This document shows, piece by piece, positions 48,833 through 58,456 of a stretch of 64,000 nt of DNA. This DNA is from a virus: positions 112,193 through 176,192 of the IMG/VR virus record IMGVR_UViG_3300027782_003601; one strand, given 5' to 3'. A model generated the notes under the pieces. It had not been told where the DNA came from. It saw only the letters and a list, made by a program, of their open reading frames with translations, and made no database searches. The position numbers and the translations under genes were made by a program. Within the stretch, counting starts at the first letter, position 1, and every line of letters starts with the position of its first letter.

Positions 48833-51015
48833 TGTATCCAAATTTTGAAGAGATATTAGAAGAGTTAAGTTATAAGGTAGGGATTGTGGATTTAACAAAC
48901 GAATCCCACAAACAAATATTGGTAAAACTTTTAAGAGAAAGAGGTATAGATTCTGCACAACAACTTACAGATAGAGCATCTGTTGTATTTGAGTATATAA
49001 AAGAAGAAACTAAGAAAGACCCGGCACTTTCTGCAATGCCAAAAGATGGTGGTAAGTTGGTTTACTTTGGTAGTAAGGAAGCAAAAGCAGATGCATTAAA
49101 AGCAGGAACTCACACAGAACCAACATCTCCAAAAACAGCTACACCACAAACTGCACCAAAAGTAGATATTGGGGTTAGTAGTGCTGAAAAGAATGCAAAA
49201 CCAACTCCAACAGAACCAACAACCAAAACCGTAACAAAAGCACCTAAAGAATTAGATGACAAGCAAGAAAAAGTTAGACAAAATTTAAACAACGGAGATT
49301 TATCAGAACTTATTAAAACATCGGATGAAGTAAATGATTTAAGAGATAGGGGTATTGCGGGAGCAGGTGGTTCAGTTGCATCATACGGTGAAATGGCATT
49401 GACACGTGCTGCAAATGATTTAAAAGGAGATGGGTATTCTAAATTTAAAGAAACTAATAAAGAAGCAATTGAAGTAGAAAAGAAAAATATTCTTGCAAAC
49501 TCAAAAGCAAATGCTAGAAAAGTTAAAGAAGTTTCTAAACAATTGGGATATAAATTACCTGAAGATGAAGAAAAGGTTATTGAATATATTGCAGAAAGAA
49601 AAGTATATGGTGATTTAGAGTTAGAAAGATTAAAATCCAACCCTAACTCCCTTTGGCATAATAAAGGTACTAAAGGTTTTAATCAACCTGATGAAGCCAA
49701 AAAAGAAATCGCATTTAGAAACTGGGCTGATGCTGAATTTGATGGGGCACTTGCTACTTTATATGAGATTGAAAATAGTAGTAATATTGATACATCACAA
49801 CCATATCATGTAATTCAAAATAATCCATTAAAAGGTGGTGCAGATGATGCAATATATACTCATTTAATTGATAAGTTAGAAGAAGCAAAAAAATCTGGAA
49901 ATGCAGATGATATTAAACATTATGAACAAGAAATCAGAGCATTTGAGAAATTAGGATTCCATGATACTATGGCAATTGGTAAAGATAAAAATGGAAGAAC
50001 TACCATATTGCATATTACAAATAAAAAAGCAAATGATTTGAAAGATATGTGGGCAAACACTACTCCTGAGTATATGTTGGCTAGTATCATAAAACAATTT
50101 GGTCCAGAAGTATCCGAAGCAGTAGTAAATTTTGCAAAAGATGGTATTGAAAGATGCAAAGATGGTAAGCAAGCAACTAATAGAGCGTTTGCATCTATGA
50201 AAATTGATGAAAATTTTGTTAAAATTAGTGAAACTGAAGAAATGCAACCATATATGAATGCTTTAAAAGAACAAAAAGAATTCAATAAATGGGCTAAGTC
50301 AAACGGTGTGGATTTAGAAACGGCATCAAATGCGGAAGTTTTAGCAGCTACTCAACAATATATAAAATCGGAAGAAGCGAAAGGTAAAACAGTTGGTTAT
50401 AAAAAATTTGGTAAAGTTCTTACAAAAGTTGGTGAATTTGCACAAACTACAAAAATGAAACAAAAATATACTGATATAGATTTTAATTCAGAATCAGTTG
50501 CATCGGCAGTTAAGAATAAAAATGATGAAAAAGATTTAGTTTCAGCGGTTCATACCGATATGGTAAATGAAATTTCTAAAGCTGATAAAGAAAAAGGATT
50601 TCCAGATAAAGATGGAAATAATGGTCCTCACACAGAAGCATATATTACAACAGTATTTCATTCAATGCACTTTGATTTAATGGTTGAAAACTTTGATAAT
50701 AGTTTAGCAGCAGTAACTGGTATTAGAGGAAGTAGACCTGCTGATTTTAGAGGATGTTTAGCAGAATTAAGTGGATTTAAAGGAGATATTGAATCGGAAG
50801 AAGGAAGAGCAAAATTAAATCAACACCTATTAAAGAAGTGTAAAATAAACGCAACTACTGGATTTATTGAAATTACAAGTCCAAACGGAACGGTTTCATT
50901 AGCAGAAGATAGTTGGAGAACATCGGGTGAAAGTAAAAAAGTTGAGAAAAAATTAGGTGATGGGTTGAGTCAATGTGTTGCTTCAAAAGTAGATAGTAGA
51001 AAAAGTAGTAAATAA
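48832..51015 (+). CDS. Large hypothetical protein, putative internal/ejected virion protein
   Basis: 727 aa; N-terminal leader ending IKEE, then a Pro/Thr linker and a globular region. Confidence 0.5.
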   Translation: MYPNFEEILEELSYKVGIVDLTNESHKQILVKLLRERGIDSAQQLTDRASVVFEYIKEETKKDPALSAMPKDGGKLVYFGSKEAKADALKAGTHTEPTSPKTATPQTAPKVDIGVSSAEKNAKPTPTEPTTKTVTKAPKELDDKQEKVRQNLNNGDLSELIKTSDEVNDLRDRGIAGAGGSVASYGEMALTRAANDLKGDGYSKFKETNKEAIEVEKKNILANSKANARKVKEVSKQLGYKLPEDEEKVIEYIAERKVYGDLELERLKSNPNSLWHNKGTKGFNQPDEAKKEIAFRNWADAEFDGALATLYEIENSSNIDTSQPYHVIQNNPLKGGADDAIYTHLIDKLEEAKKSGNADDIKHYEQEIRAFEKLGFHDTMAIGKDKNGRTTILHITNKKANDLKDMWANTTPEYMLASIIKQFGPEVSEAVVNFAKDGIERCKDGKQATNRAFASMKIDENFVKISETEEMQPYMNALKEQKEFNKWAKSNGVDLETASNAEVLAATQQYIKSEEAKGKTVGYKKFGKVLTKVGEFAQTTKMKQKYTDIDFNSESVASAVKNKNDEKDLVSAVHTDMVNEISKADKEKGFPDKDGNNGPHTEAYITTVFHSMHFDLMVENFDNSLAAVTGIRGSRPADFRGCLAELSGFKGDIESEEGRAKLNQHLLKKCKINATTGFIEITSPNGTVSLAEDSWRTSGESKKVEKKLGDGLSQCVASKVDSRKSSK

Positions 51016-51072
51016 AATCGTTTTTAGTTTGTAATTTTATATTTATCCGTAAAGTTAATAAACTAATAATAG

Positions 51073-51480
51073 ATGAATACACAGTTATTATGTCTCTTTA
51101 CTACCAAAGAAGAACTAGATAAATCATTAGAATTCGTTCTAAACCAATATATACTTACAAATCCAAACGTTTTTGTATTAGAAAGCAAAACAAATTTAGG
51201 AGAACTTTACATTACATTTAATGTAGAAAAGGGTTCTTCCGCAATTTCTTCCGAATGGAAGACAATTTTAGTTCATAGAAAAAAACAATCCAATACAATC
51301 TACACTATCAACGCACTTAATGAAGTTGTTAAATCAAAAACAGGTGGTATGTTAGATAATACTTATCAATTAGAGTGGGATGAATACAAAAATTGTATCA
51401 TCACAACATCTCCAACAGGATACAAAAAAATTCCTACAAAAGTTTTTAAAGCAATTAATATAGATAATTTGGAAAATTAA
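51073..51480 (+). CDS. Hypothetical phage protein
   Basis: 135 aa; HRKKQSNTIYTINALN. Confidence 0.6.
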   Translation: MNTQLLCLFTTKEELDKSLEFVLNQYILTNPNVFVLESKTNLGELYITFNVEKGSSAISSEWKTILVHRKKQSNTIYTINALNEVVKSKTGGMLDNTYQLEWDEYKNCIITTSPTGYKKIPTKVFKAINIDNLEN

Positions 51481-51499
51481 AATATTTTCCGTATATTTG
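51468..51499 (+). promoter_or_regulatory. Bacteroidota-type sigma-A promoter
   Basis: TTTG (51468-71), 20-nt spacer, TATATTTG (51492-99). Confidence 0.75.
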
Positions 51500-51504
51500 T
51501 ATTA

Positions 51505-51834
51505 ATGAAAGCAGAAAAATTCGTCCCATTACAAATTTCGGAGAATAATCCAAACGAAGTATTTGAAAATCATAAAAAGGATATTGCAAAGGCAATAATT
51601 CTTGCAATAGATTATGCAATTAGAACTAGAAAAAAGAAGATTGATTTTGCTCAAATAAATGTTAAAGGTGTTCTTATTATTGCGCTTTCAATTAAAAATA
51701 ATGAATTTGGTGGATTAATAGCAGATAATTTAAAAATATTAGAAGAGGAGGAAGAATACGAAATATGTGCTTTAGCTTTAAAACTTAAAAACAAAATAGA
51801 TAAACAAAATGAAACAGTTACTAAAAAGGATTGA
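51505..51834 (+). CDS. Hypothetical protein with UVR-like C-terminal hairpin
   Basis: 109 aa; EEEEYEICALA. Confidence 0.5.
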   Translation: MKAEKFVPLQISENNPNEVFENHKKDIAKAIILAIDYAIRTRKKKIDFAQINVKGVLIIALSIKNNEFGGLIADNLKILEEEEEYEICALALKLKNKIDKQNETVTKKD

Positions 51835-51934
51835 ATTTTGGTGTGATATTCACTTAGTGTATTTCCTATATAATGGAAACAAAACGGAAAAATATTATCA
51901 AATGTTAGAAAATAAATGGGGAATTAAAAAATAA
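51809..51934 (+). CDS. Unannotated 41-aa protein (MKQLLKRIEFWCDIHLVYFLYNG...)
   Basis: A-rich ATG context; fills the gap exactly, ending 3 nt before the next ATG. Confidence 0.55.
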   Translation: MKQLLKRIEFWCDIHLVYFLYNGNKTEKYYQMLENKWGIKK

Positions 51935-51937
51935 GTT

Positions 51938-52291
51938 ATGACAGAAACACAAATGCCTGAAGCAATTGCATATTGCGAAGAAATGTATCCACAAACAACG
52001 GATGAATTTAAAAATATTTTAGATGAGATGTATCTTACATTTTGTAAGAAACAAAGAAACTACGGACCTGGAAACATCTCAGTAGGAACTACTTTACAAA
52101 CCAAAGAAGATATTAAGTTATCATTAACAGGATTGTGGTTTAGACAAAACGATAAAATAAACAGATTAAAACAATTAGTAGTTATGGGGCAACCAGATGA
52201 AGTTGGAGAATCTGTTGAAGATACTTACCAAGACCTTGCCGTATATTCCGTAATTGCTCAATTAGTGAGTAGAGGAAAGTGGGCAAAATAA
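51938..52291 (+). CDS. Nucleotide-modification-associated domain 1 (DUF1599/Nmad1-like)
   Basis: KKQRNYG...RQNDKINRL...ESVEDTYQDLAVYSVIA. Confidence 0.75.
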   Translation: MTETQMPEAIAYCEEMYPQTTDEFKNILDEMYLTFCKKQRNYGPGNISVGTTLQTKEDIKLSLTGLWFRQNDKINRLKQLVVMGQPDEVGESVEDTYQDLAVYSVIAQLVSRGKWAK

Positions 52292-52293
52292 AG

Positions 52294-52325
52294 TTTGGAA
52301 AAGTGAAAAAAATATTGTATCTTTG
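52294..52325 (+). promoter_or_regulatory. Bacteroidota-type sigma-A promoter of the SSB-RecA operon
   Basis: TTTG (52294-97), 20-nt spacer, TATCTTTG (52318-25). Confidence 0.75.
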
Positions 52326-52423
52326 TTACAATAAAAGTAAAAAGGTTATATTTAGATATAGGTAATCATGATATAACCTTAAAATTTAAAACAATTTATT
52401 AACACTTAAAATTTAAAAAAGCA

Positions 52424-53275
52424 ATGGATATTTCATTAGCATTAAAGAGATTTAGCTCTCTTCAAACAAACACAAAGAAATCGGATTCAATCTGGAAACC
52501 GGCAAACGGAAAATCTCAAATCCGTTTAGTACCTTACAAATTTAATAGGGATAATCCTTTTATTGAATTGTATTTTCATTACAACATTAATAACAAAACT
52601 TATTTATCTCCAATTTCATTTGGTAGACCTGACCCAATCGTAGAGTTTGCAGAAAAACTTAAACGTACAGGTGATACAGATGATTGGAAAGCAGGTAAGA
52701 AGATGGAGCCAAAATTAAGAACATTTGCACCAGTTATTGTTAGAGGTAAAGAAAATGAAGGTGTAAAATTTTGGGGATTTGGTAAGACTGTATATCAAGA
52801 TATTTTAGGATATATTGCAGACCCGGATTATGGTGATATTACAGACCCACATTCAGGACGTGATATTGTATTAGAAGTAGTATCTGCCGAAGAATCAAAT
52901 GCAGCATACCCAACAACTACAATCAGAGTTAAACCTGCGGTATCTAAAATTTTATCAGATGCAGAAGCAGTAACTGAATTATTGAACTCACAAAAAGATA
53001 TTACGGAATTATATTCTGAATTATCTTATGCAGAATTGAAATCAGTATTAGAAAATTGGCTAAACCCAACTGCAGGAGCAAATGGAGATAGTGATGAGGT
53101 TGTTGCTGAATTAGAAGCACCAAAATCAAAACCATCCGGCATCATTCCCGAATCAAAACCAGTAATAGATACACTACCTTGGGATGATGGAATTTCTTCA
53201 GCTCCCGCACCAAAAGCAGCAGTAACAACAAAAGATGATGTTACTTCGGCATTTGATGATTTATTTAACAACTAA
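52424..53275 (+). CDS. Single-stranded DNA-binding protein (T4 gp32-like)
   Basis: WKP...IR, NPF, GVKFWGFGK, DITDP..GRD; acidic tail ending FDDLFNN. Confidence 0.85.
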   Translation: MDISLALKRFSSLQTNTKKSDSIWKPANGKSQIRLVPYKFNRDNPFIELYFHYNINNKTYLSPISFGRPDPIVEFAEKLKRTGDTDDWKAGKKMEPKLRTFAPVIVRGKENEGVKFWGFGKTVYQDILGYIADPDYGDITDPHSGRDIVLEVVSAEESNAAYPTTTIRVKPAVSKILSDAEAVTELLNSQKDITELYSELSYAELKSVLENWLNPTAGANGDSDEVVAELEAPKSKPSGIIPESKPVIDTLPWDDGISSAPAPKAAVTTKDDVTSAFDDLFNN

Positions 53276-53287
53276 AAAAAGTTACAA

Positions 53288-54391
53288 ATGGCAAAAAGAG
53301 AAGATGATTTAGCAAGTTTACTTGCCGATTCTCTAAACAAACAAAATAAGGATGGGAAGATTGCCTATTTCTTAGACGATGATAGTTCGGATGCACCGAC
53401 AAACGTCAAAGATTGGTTATCTACGGGAAACGCAATGTTAGATGTTGCAATCTCAAACAGACCTTATGGTGGATTGCCAGTTGGTAGAATAACAGAAATA
53501 ACGGGTTTAGAGCAGAGTGGAAAATCTCTGCTCTCTGCCCATTTATTAGCTGAAGCACAACGTAAAGGTGGTGTTGCAGTTCTGATTGATACCGAAACCG
53601 CAGTTAGTAGAGAATTTTTAGAAGCAATTGGAGTGGATATTTCCAAACTCCTTTATGTTTCAGTAGATACCGTTGAAGGTATTTTTGAAGCTTGTGAAAC
53701 AATTATTGAGCAAGTTCGTAAGGGTGATAAAGATAGACTAGTTACAATCGTAGTAGATTCAGTAGCAGCAGCATCTTCAAAGAAAGAGATGGAAGCTGAT
53801 TATGATAAAGACGGTTACGCAACTGATAAGGCAATCATCATTTCAAAAGCAATGAGAAAGATTACCAATATGATTGGTAGACAATCTATTGCGTTAGTAT
53901 TCACAAACCAATTAAGACAGAAGATGAACGCAATGTTTGGAGACCCGTGGACAACATCGGGTGGTAAAGCATTGGCATTCCACGCATCTGTTAGATTGAG
54001 ATTGAAGAATATGGGACAATTAAAAGCAGGAGATAGAATCGTAGGTATTAAGGTTCGTTGTCAGGTTATCAAAAACAGAATGGGACCTCCTTTAAGACAC
54101 GCAGATTTTGATATTTTCTTTGATAGAGGTATTGATAATTATGGTGGATGGATTTCAGTTATGAAAGAGCAAAAATTGGTAAAACAAGGTGGTGCTTGGT
54201 ACACATATACTGATATTGCTTCAGGTGAAGAAATTAAATTTCAAGCAAAAGACTTTGTATCTATTTTAGAAGATGAGGAATTGAAAGACCAAATCTATCG
54301 TAGAATTTGCGAAGCAACTATTTTACAATACAAAACATCAGCATCAGAGGAAGTTGAAATAACAACGGATGAAGGCAATGAGTCAGATTAA
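53288..54391 (+). CDS. recA: RecA/UvsX recombinase
   Basis: Walker A GLEQSGKS; IDTE, VVDSVAA, NQLR, GGKALAFHASVRL, KNR. Confidence 0.95.
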   Translation: MAKREDDLASLLADSLNKQNKDGKIAYFLDDDSSDAPTNVKDWLSTGNAMLDVAISNRPYGGLPVGRITEITGLEQSGKSLLSAHLLAEAQRKGGVAVLIDTETAVSREFLEAIGVDISKLLYVSVDTVEGIFEACETIIEQVRKGDKDRLVTIVVDSVAAASSKKEMEADYDKDGYATDKAIIISKAMRKITNMIGRQSIALVFTNQLRQKMNAMFGDPWTTSGGKALAFHASVRLRLKNMGQLKAGDRIVGIKVRCQVIKNRMGPPLRHADFDIFFDRGIDNYGGWISVMKEQKLVKQGGAWYTYTDIASGEEIKFQAKDFVSILEDEELKDQIYRRICEATILQYKTSASEEVEITTDEGNESD

Positions 54392-55436
54392 CAGAAGGTA
54401 TTTAGATATACTAAAACAAATAGATAAAGAACATAATGAATTTGGTGATTTACATCGTAACTCCAAAACATTAATTATTGATGGTCTTAATACTTTCATT
54501 CGTTCTTGGTCAACTGCTCCAAATCTTAATGATAATGGAGACCACATAGGAGGCATAGTCGGTACTTTAAAAAGTATCGGCTACGCAATCCGTACAATCA
54601 ATCCTACCCGATGCATTATTGTATTTGATGGTAAAGGTGGTAACAAAAGCAGACAAGATATATACTCTGGTTACAAAGCAGATAGAGGCAACAACAAAAT
54701 CAAAATGAGATTGAATCGTGCTGCATCTGTTGAAATGAATCCGGAAGAGGAAAGTCAATCTATAAGAAGACAAATGGTCGGATTAGGTGAATTACTGTCT
54801 TCTTTACCAGTATCCATTATGATTTATGATGGGATTGAAGCGGATGATGTTATTGCTTATATTACTACTCAATTAAAAAAAGAAGATGAGAAGATTGTGA
54901 TAATGAGTTCCGATAAAGATTTCATTCAATTGGTAAATAAAGATGTGAGTGTTTATTCGCCATCTAAAAAGAAAATCTATAATATACCAGAAGTGGTAGA
55001 AGAATTTGGTATTCATCCACACAATTTTATCAATTTCAGAATGATTGATGGTGATAAATCTGATAATTTAAATGGGTTACCTGGATTAGGATTAAAAACA
55101 ATTATAAAAAACTTTCCAATATTAAGTGAAGAAACGGTACAAACTACTGAATCTTTATTAGAATTTATCAAAGAGCAACCAAAGAAAACAAAAGCTTACG
55201 ATTTATTTGAAAATAACTTGGAAATATTAAAAAGAAATCGTAAATTGATGCAATTATCCGAACCAGAATTTAGTGGTACTCTTCGTATGAAGATTATAGA
55301 TAGATACAACGAAAATACTGTTAAGTTTGATAAGCAAGGTTTCTTAAAATTGGGATTAAAGCATAAAATATTAGATGCATTCCCTAACATAACCGATTGG
55401 TTACAAAGTACATTTTTACACATTTCACAATTTTAA
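54369..55436 (+). CDS. 5'-3' exonuclease/flap endonuclease (T4 RNase H-like); alternative start 54378
   Basis: IDG, FDG, YKADR, EADDVI, SSDKDF and GDKSDN..G..GLG.KT motifs. Confidence 0.92.
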   Translation: MKAMSQINRRYLDILKQIDKEHNEFGDLHRNSKTLIIDGLNTFIRSWSTAPNLNDNGDHIGGIVGTLKSIGYAIRTINPTRCIIVFDGKGGNKSRQDIYSGYKADRGNNKIKMRLNRAASVEMNPEEESQSIRRQMVGLGELLSSLPVSIMIYDGIEADDVIAYITTQLKKEDEKIVIMSSDKDFIQLVNKDVSVYSPSKKKIYNIPEVVEEFGIHPHNFINFRMIDGDKSDNLNGLPGLGLKTIIKNFPILSEETVQTTESLLEFIKEQPKKTKAYDLFENNLEILKRNRKLMQLSEPEFSGTLRMKIIDRYNENTVKFDKQGFLKLGLKHKILDAFPNITDWLQSTFLHISQF

Positions 55437-55441
55437 AACAA

Positions 55442-55750
55442 ATGGCAGAAGAAAGATTAGCAAAACCGTTAGGAGATAGAGTTCTTCTAACAGAATTAGA
55501 ATCAGAGGTTTCACAAACAGCAGGTGGCATTATTATACCTGATTCGGTTAAAAACGAAGATATTAAAAGAGCAAAAGTAGAATCAGTAGGACCTGGTATT
55601 TACACACAATCTGGAACATTGATTCCAATGAATTTAGAAGTAGGTGATGAAGTAATAATTCCACCATATCATCAAGGATTGGAAATTAAAGTAGGAGGTA
55701 ACAAATACATCCTATTAAGAGAATCAGAAATTTTAATGGTAGTTAAATAA
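55442..55750 (+). CDS. groES: Co-chaperonin GroES
   Basis: KPLGDRVL, TAGGIIIPD, VGPG, VGDEV, LRESEIL; start moved to ATG 55442. Confidence 0.93.
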   Translation: MAEERLAKPLGDRVLLTELESEVSQTAGGIIIPDSVKNEDIKRAKVESVGPGIYTQSGTLIPMNLEVGDEVIIPPYHQGLEIKVGGNKYILLRESEILMVVK

Positions 55751-55771
55751 TTTAAACAAAACACGGAACAT

Positions 55772-55990
55772 ATGAAGTGTATTAAAAGTAAAGAAGGAGA
55801 AATCCGCAGAGTAAAAGAAGAGGAAGCAGATTTAAAAGTATTACAATATGGTTGGGTGTTTGTTCCTAAATCAGAATGGAAAGCATTACGAAAACCAAAG
55901 AAAACCGACGTAGTTAACGACCAAGCTACCGACGTAGCTGAATTATCAATTGAGGAAAAAAGATTAGCTAGAAAGAAAAAAAATAAATAA
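55772..55990 (+). CDS. Small basic hypothetical protein
   Basis: 72 aa; GWVFVPKSEWK. Confidence 0.55.
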   Translation: MKCIKSKEGEIRRVKEEEADLKVLQYGWVFVPKSEWKALRKPKKTDVVNDQATDVAELSIEEKRLARKKKNK

Positions 55991-57348
55991 TGGAAGCAGT
56001 AGATACATTGGTAAAGTATGGACAATCGTATCAATCTAAAGTAGTTGCTTCTCTTATATCAGATGTAAAATTTTTAGAGCAGGTAAGTGAAATCACCAAA
56101 GCCGCATTCTTTGAATCCGAAGCAAATAAATGGATTATAAACGAAGTAATTGATTACTTTGGTGAATATCGTGCAGTACCAACAATGGAGGTTTTCAAAA
56201 TCAAAGTTGGTACGATTGAGGATAAAGGATTAAAACAAACAATTATTGAACAACTTAAAAATGTGTATCAACAATTGGAGGCAAATGATTTGCCTTATGT
56301 TAAAAACGAATATCTTACATTTGCTAAAAATCAAAAAGTAAAAGATGCTCTTTTAAAATCTGTTGAATTATTAAAGTTAGGTCAATACGATAGAATTATT
56401 GACACTATGACAGCAGCATCCAAAGTAGGTGTTGAATCCGATTTAGGTTTAGATTACATTGAAGAATTTGAATCAATTATGGAGGACGTAAAAAGAGATT
56501 CAGTACCTACTGGATGGGATGTGATTGATGAACTAATGGATGGTGGGTTAGGACCAGGAGAATTGGGAGTAGTTATGGCGCCATCTGGAATCGGTAAGAG
56601 TTGGTTTTTATCTAAAATAGCTTGTTCAGCATTACAAAGAGGAATTGATGTATTACATTATACATTGGAATTATCTGAAAGTTATGTAGGTCAAAGATAT
56701 ACAACAATCCTTACTAATATTGGAACATCCGAACATAAGGATAGAAAGGATGAAGTTATTAGAAAAATTAAAGCAGTTCCTGGTAGAGTTCGTATTAAAT
56801 ATTATCCACCACAATTCGCATCAGCTAAAACCCTATCTGCTCACGTTGAGAAGATGAGACAAATTGGTTTTAATCCAAAACTTATTATTATTGATTATGC
56901 CGATTTATTAAAATCCGGAAATGGTAGTAGAGATGGGTTGTATGCAGAGTTGGGTGGAATCTATGAGGAGTTGAGAGGATTGAGTGGTATTGCTAAAATA
57001 CCCATATGGACTGCAACACAAACTAATAGAGCAGCAATTGACCACGAGGTTATTCAAGCAGATTCGGTTGGGGATTCTTATAAGAAAGTTCAAACTGCTG
57101 ATTTTATTATGAGTGTTAGTAGAAAGACTAAAGATAAGTTATCAAACACAGGTCGTATTCACATCGTTAAAAATCGTTTTGGACCAGATGGATTAACATT
57201 TCCTGCAAAGATTGATACGTTTACAGGTGTTATGGATGTGTTTGCAGCTTCATCCGCAGATGGTATGGCATCTACTAGAGATAGTAAAAATGGAGAGGGA
57301 TTGGAAAAGAAATTACTACACAAAAAGTATGTTGATAATATGGGATAA
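55990..57348 (+). CDS. dnaB: Replicative DnaB-family helicase (T4 gp41-like)
   Basis: APSGIGKS, TLE, IIDYADL, TATQTNR and KNRFG motifs. Confidence 0.93.
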   Translation: MEAVDTLVKYGQSYQSKVVASLISDVKFLEQVSEITKAAFFESEANKWIINEVIDYFGEYRAVPTMEVFKIKVGTIEDKGLKQTIIEQLKNVYQQLEANDLPYVKNEYLTFAKNQKVKDALLKSVELLKLGQYDRIIDTMTAASKVGVESDLGLDYIEEFESIMEDVKRDSVPTGWDVIDELMDGGLGPGELGVVMAPSGIGKSWFLSKIACSALQRGIDVLHYTLELSESYVGQRYTTILTNIGTSEHKDRKDEVIRKIKAVPGRVRIKYYPPQFASAKTLSAHVEKMRQIGFNPKLIIIDYADLLKSGNGSRDGLYAELGGIYEELRGLSGIAKIPIWTATQTNRAAIDHEVIQADSVGDSYKKVQTADFIMSVSRKTKDKLSNTGRIHIVKNRFGPDGLTFPAKIDTFTGVMDVFAASSADGMASTRDSKNGEGLEKKLLHKKYVDNMG

Positions 57349-57435
57349 TTGTATAAAATTTTCTAAAGAAAACGGAAAATTTATGAAATGATTACATAGT
57401 TATAACTACACTTTGAACAACAAATTTTAAAAAAT

Positions 57436-58449
57436 ATGAGCAAATTATTTACCGAAAGGATACCATACAAACCATTTGAATATCCTATTTATTACACAGA
57501 TGGTTGGTTACAACAAGCTCAGGCATTTTGGTTGCATACTGAAATTTCAATGCAAGGAGATGTTAAAGATTGGAACGAAAATCTATCAGCAGAAGAAAAG
57601 CATTTAGTTGGAAATATTCTTTTGGGTTTTGCTCAAACAGAATGCGCAGTTTCCGATTATTGGACAGGTATGGTTACTAAATGGTTTCCAAAACATGAAA
57701 TTAGACAGATGGCTATGTTATTTGGTTCACAAGAAACAATTCATTCAGTTGCATATTCTTATTTAAATGAAACATTAGGATTAGATGACTTTGCAGGATT
57801 TTTGCATGATGATTCAATGAAAGCTAGATTTGAAAACTTAACTCAAACTACGGCAGATTGGACACCTGAAGATTTACAAAAAAATGTAAAAGCAAGAATT
57901 GAAGTAGCAAAAAGCTTAGCAATCTTTTCAGCATTCACAGAGGGAGTAGCTCTTTATTCATCATTTGCAGTTCTTTATAGTTTCCAAATGAGAAACAAAT
58001 TGAAAGGAATTGGACAACAAATGAAATGGAGTGTTAGGGATGAATCATTACATTCAAAGATGGGATGTCAATTATTCAGACATATGTGTAGTGAATATCC
58101 TGAATTGTTAGAAGAAGCAAAATCTGCAATCTATCAAGCAGCACACATTATGCAAGGGTTGGAGTTTAATTATATTGATAAGATTTTTGAAATGGGTGAT
58201 TTAGAAAATCTTAAAAAAGAAGACCTTAAAAACTTCATTTCACAACGAATTAACGAAAAATTAGGAGAATTAGGTTATAATCCTACACCCGGAGGAGATG
58301 AGTATTTTACTTACAATGCAGAATCGGCAAATCAATTGGAATGGTTTTATAATCTTACCGGTGGCGTTACACATACTGATTTTTTTGCTATGAGACCTAC
58401 CGATTATTCAAAACCAGGTGAAGGTGAAGATTGGGGAGATATATTTTAA
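57436..58449 (+). CDS. nrdB: Ribonucleotide reductase class Ia beta subunit
   Basis: ETIHSVAYS (radical Tyr), EGVALYSSF, RDESLH, DFF. Confidence 0.95.
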   Translation: MSKLFTERIPYKPFEYPIYYTDGWLQQAQAFWLHTEISMQGDVKDWNENLSAEEKHLVGNILLGFAQTECAVSDYWTGMVTKWFPKHEIRQMAMLFGSQETIHSVAYSYLNETLGLDDFAGFLHDDSMKARFENLTQTTADWTPEDLQKNVKARIEVAKSLAIFSAFTEGVALYSSFAVLYSFQMRNKLKGIGQQMKWSVRDESLHSKMGCQLFRHMCSEYPELLEEAKSAIYQAAHIMQGLEFNYIDKIFEMGDLENLKKEDLKNFISQRINEKLGELGYNPTPGGDEYFTYNAESANQLEWFYNLTGGVTHTDFFAMRPTDYSKPGEGEDWGDIF

Positions 58450-58456
58450 TTAAATT

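Noticed and set aside
55397-55441. Extended N-terminus of GroES from the ORF track
   Set aside because: Overlaps the exonuclease gene; ATG 55442 has an A-rich context and gives a canonical length
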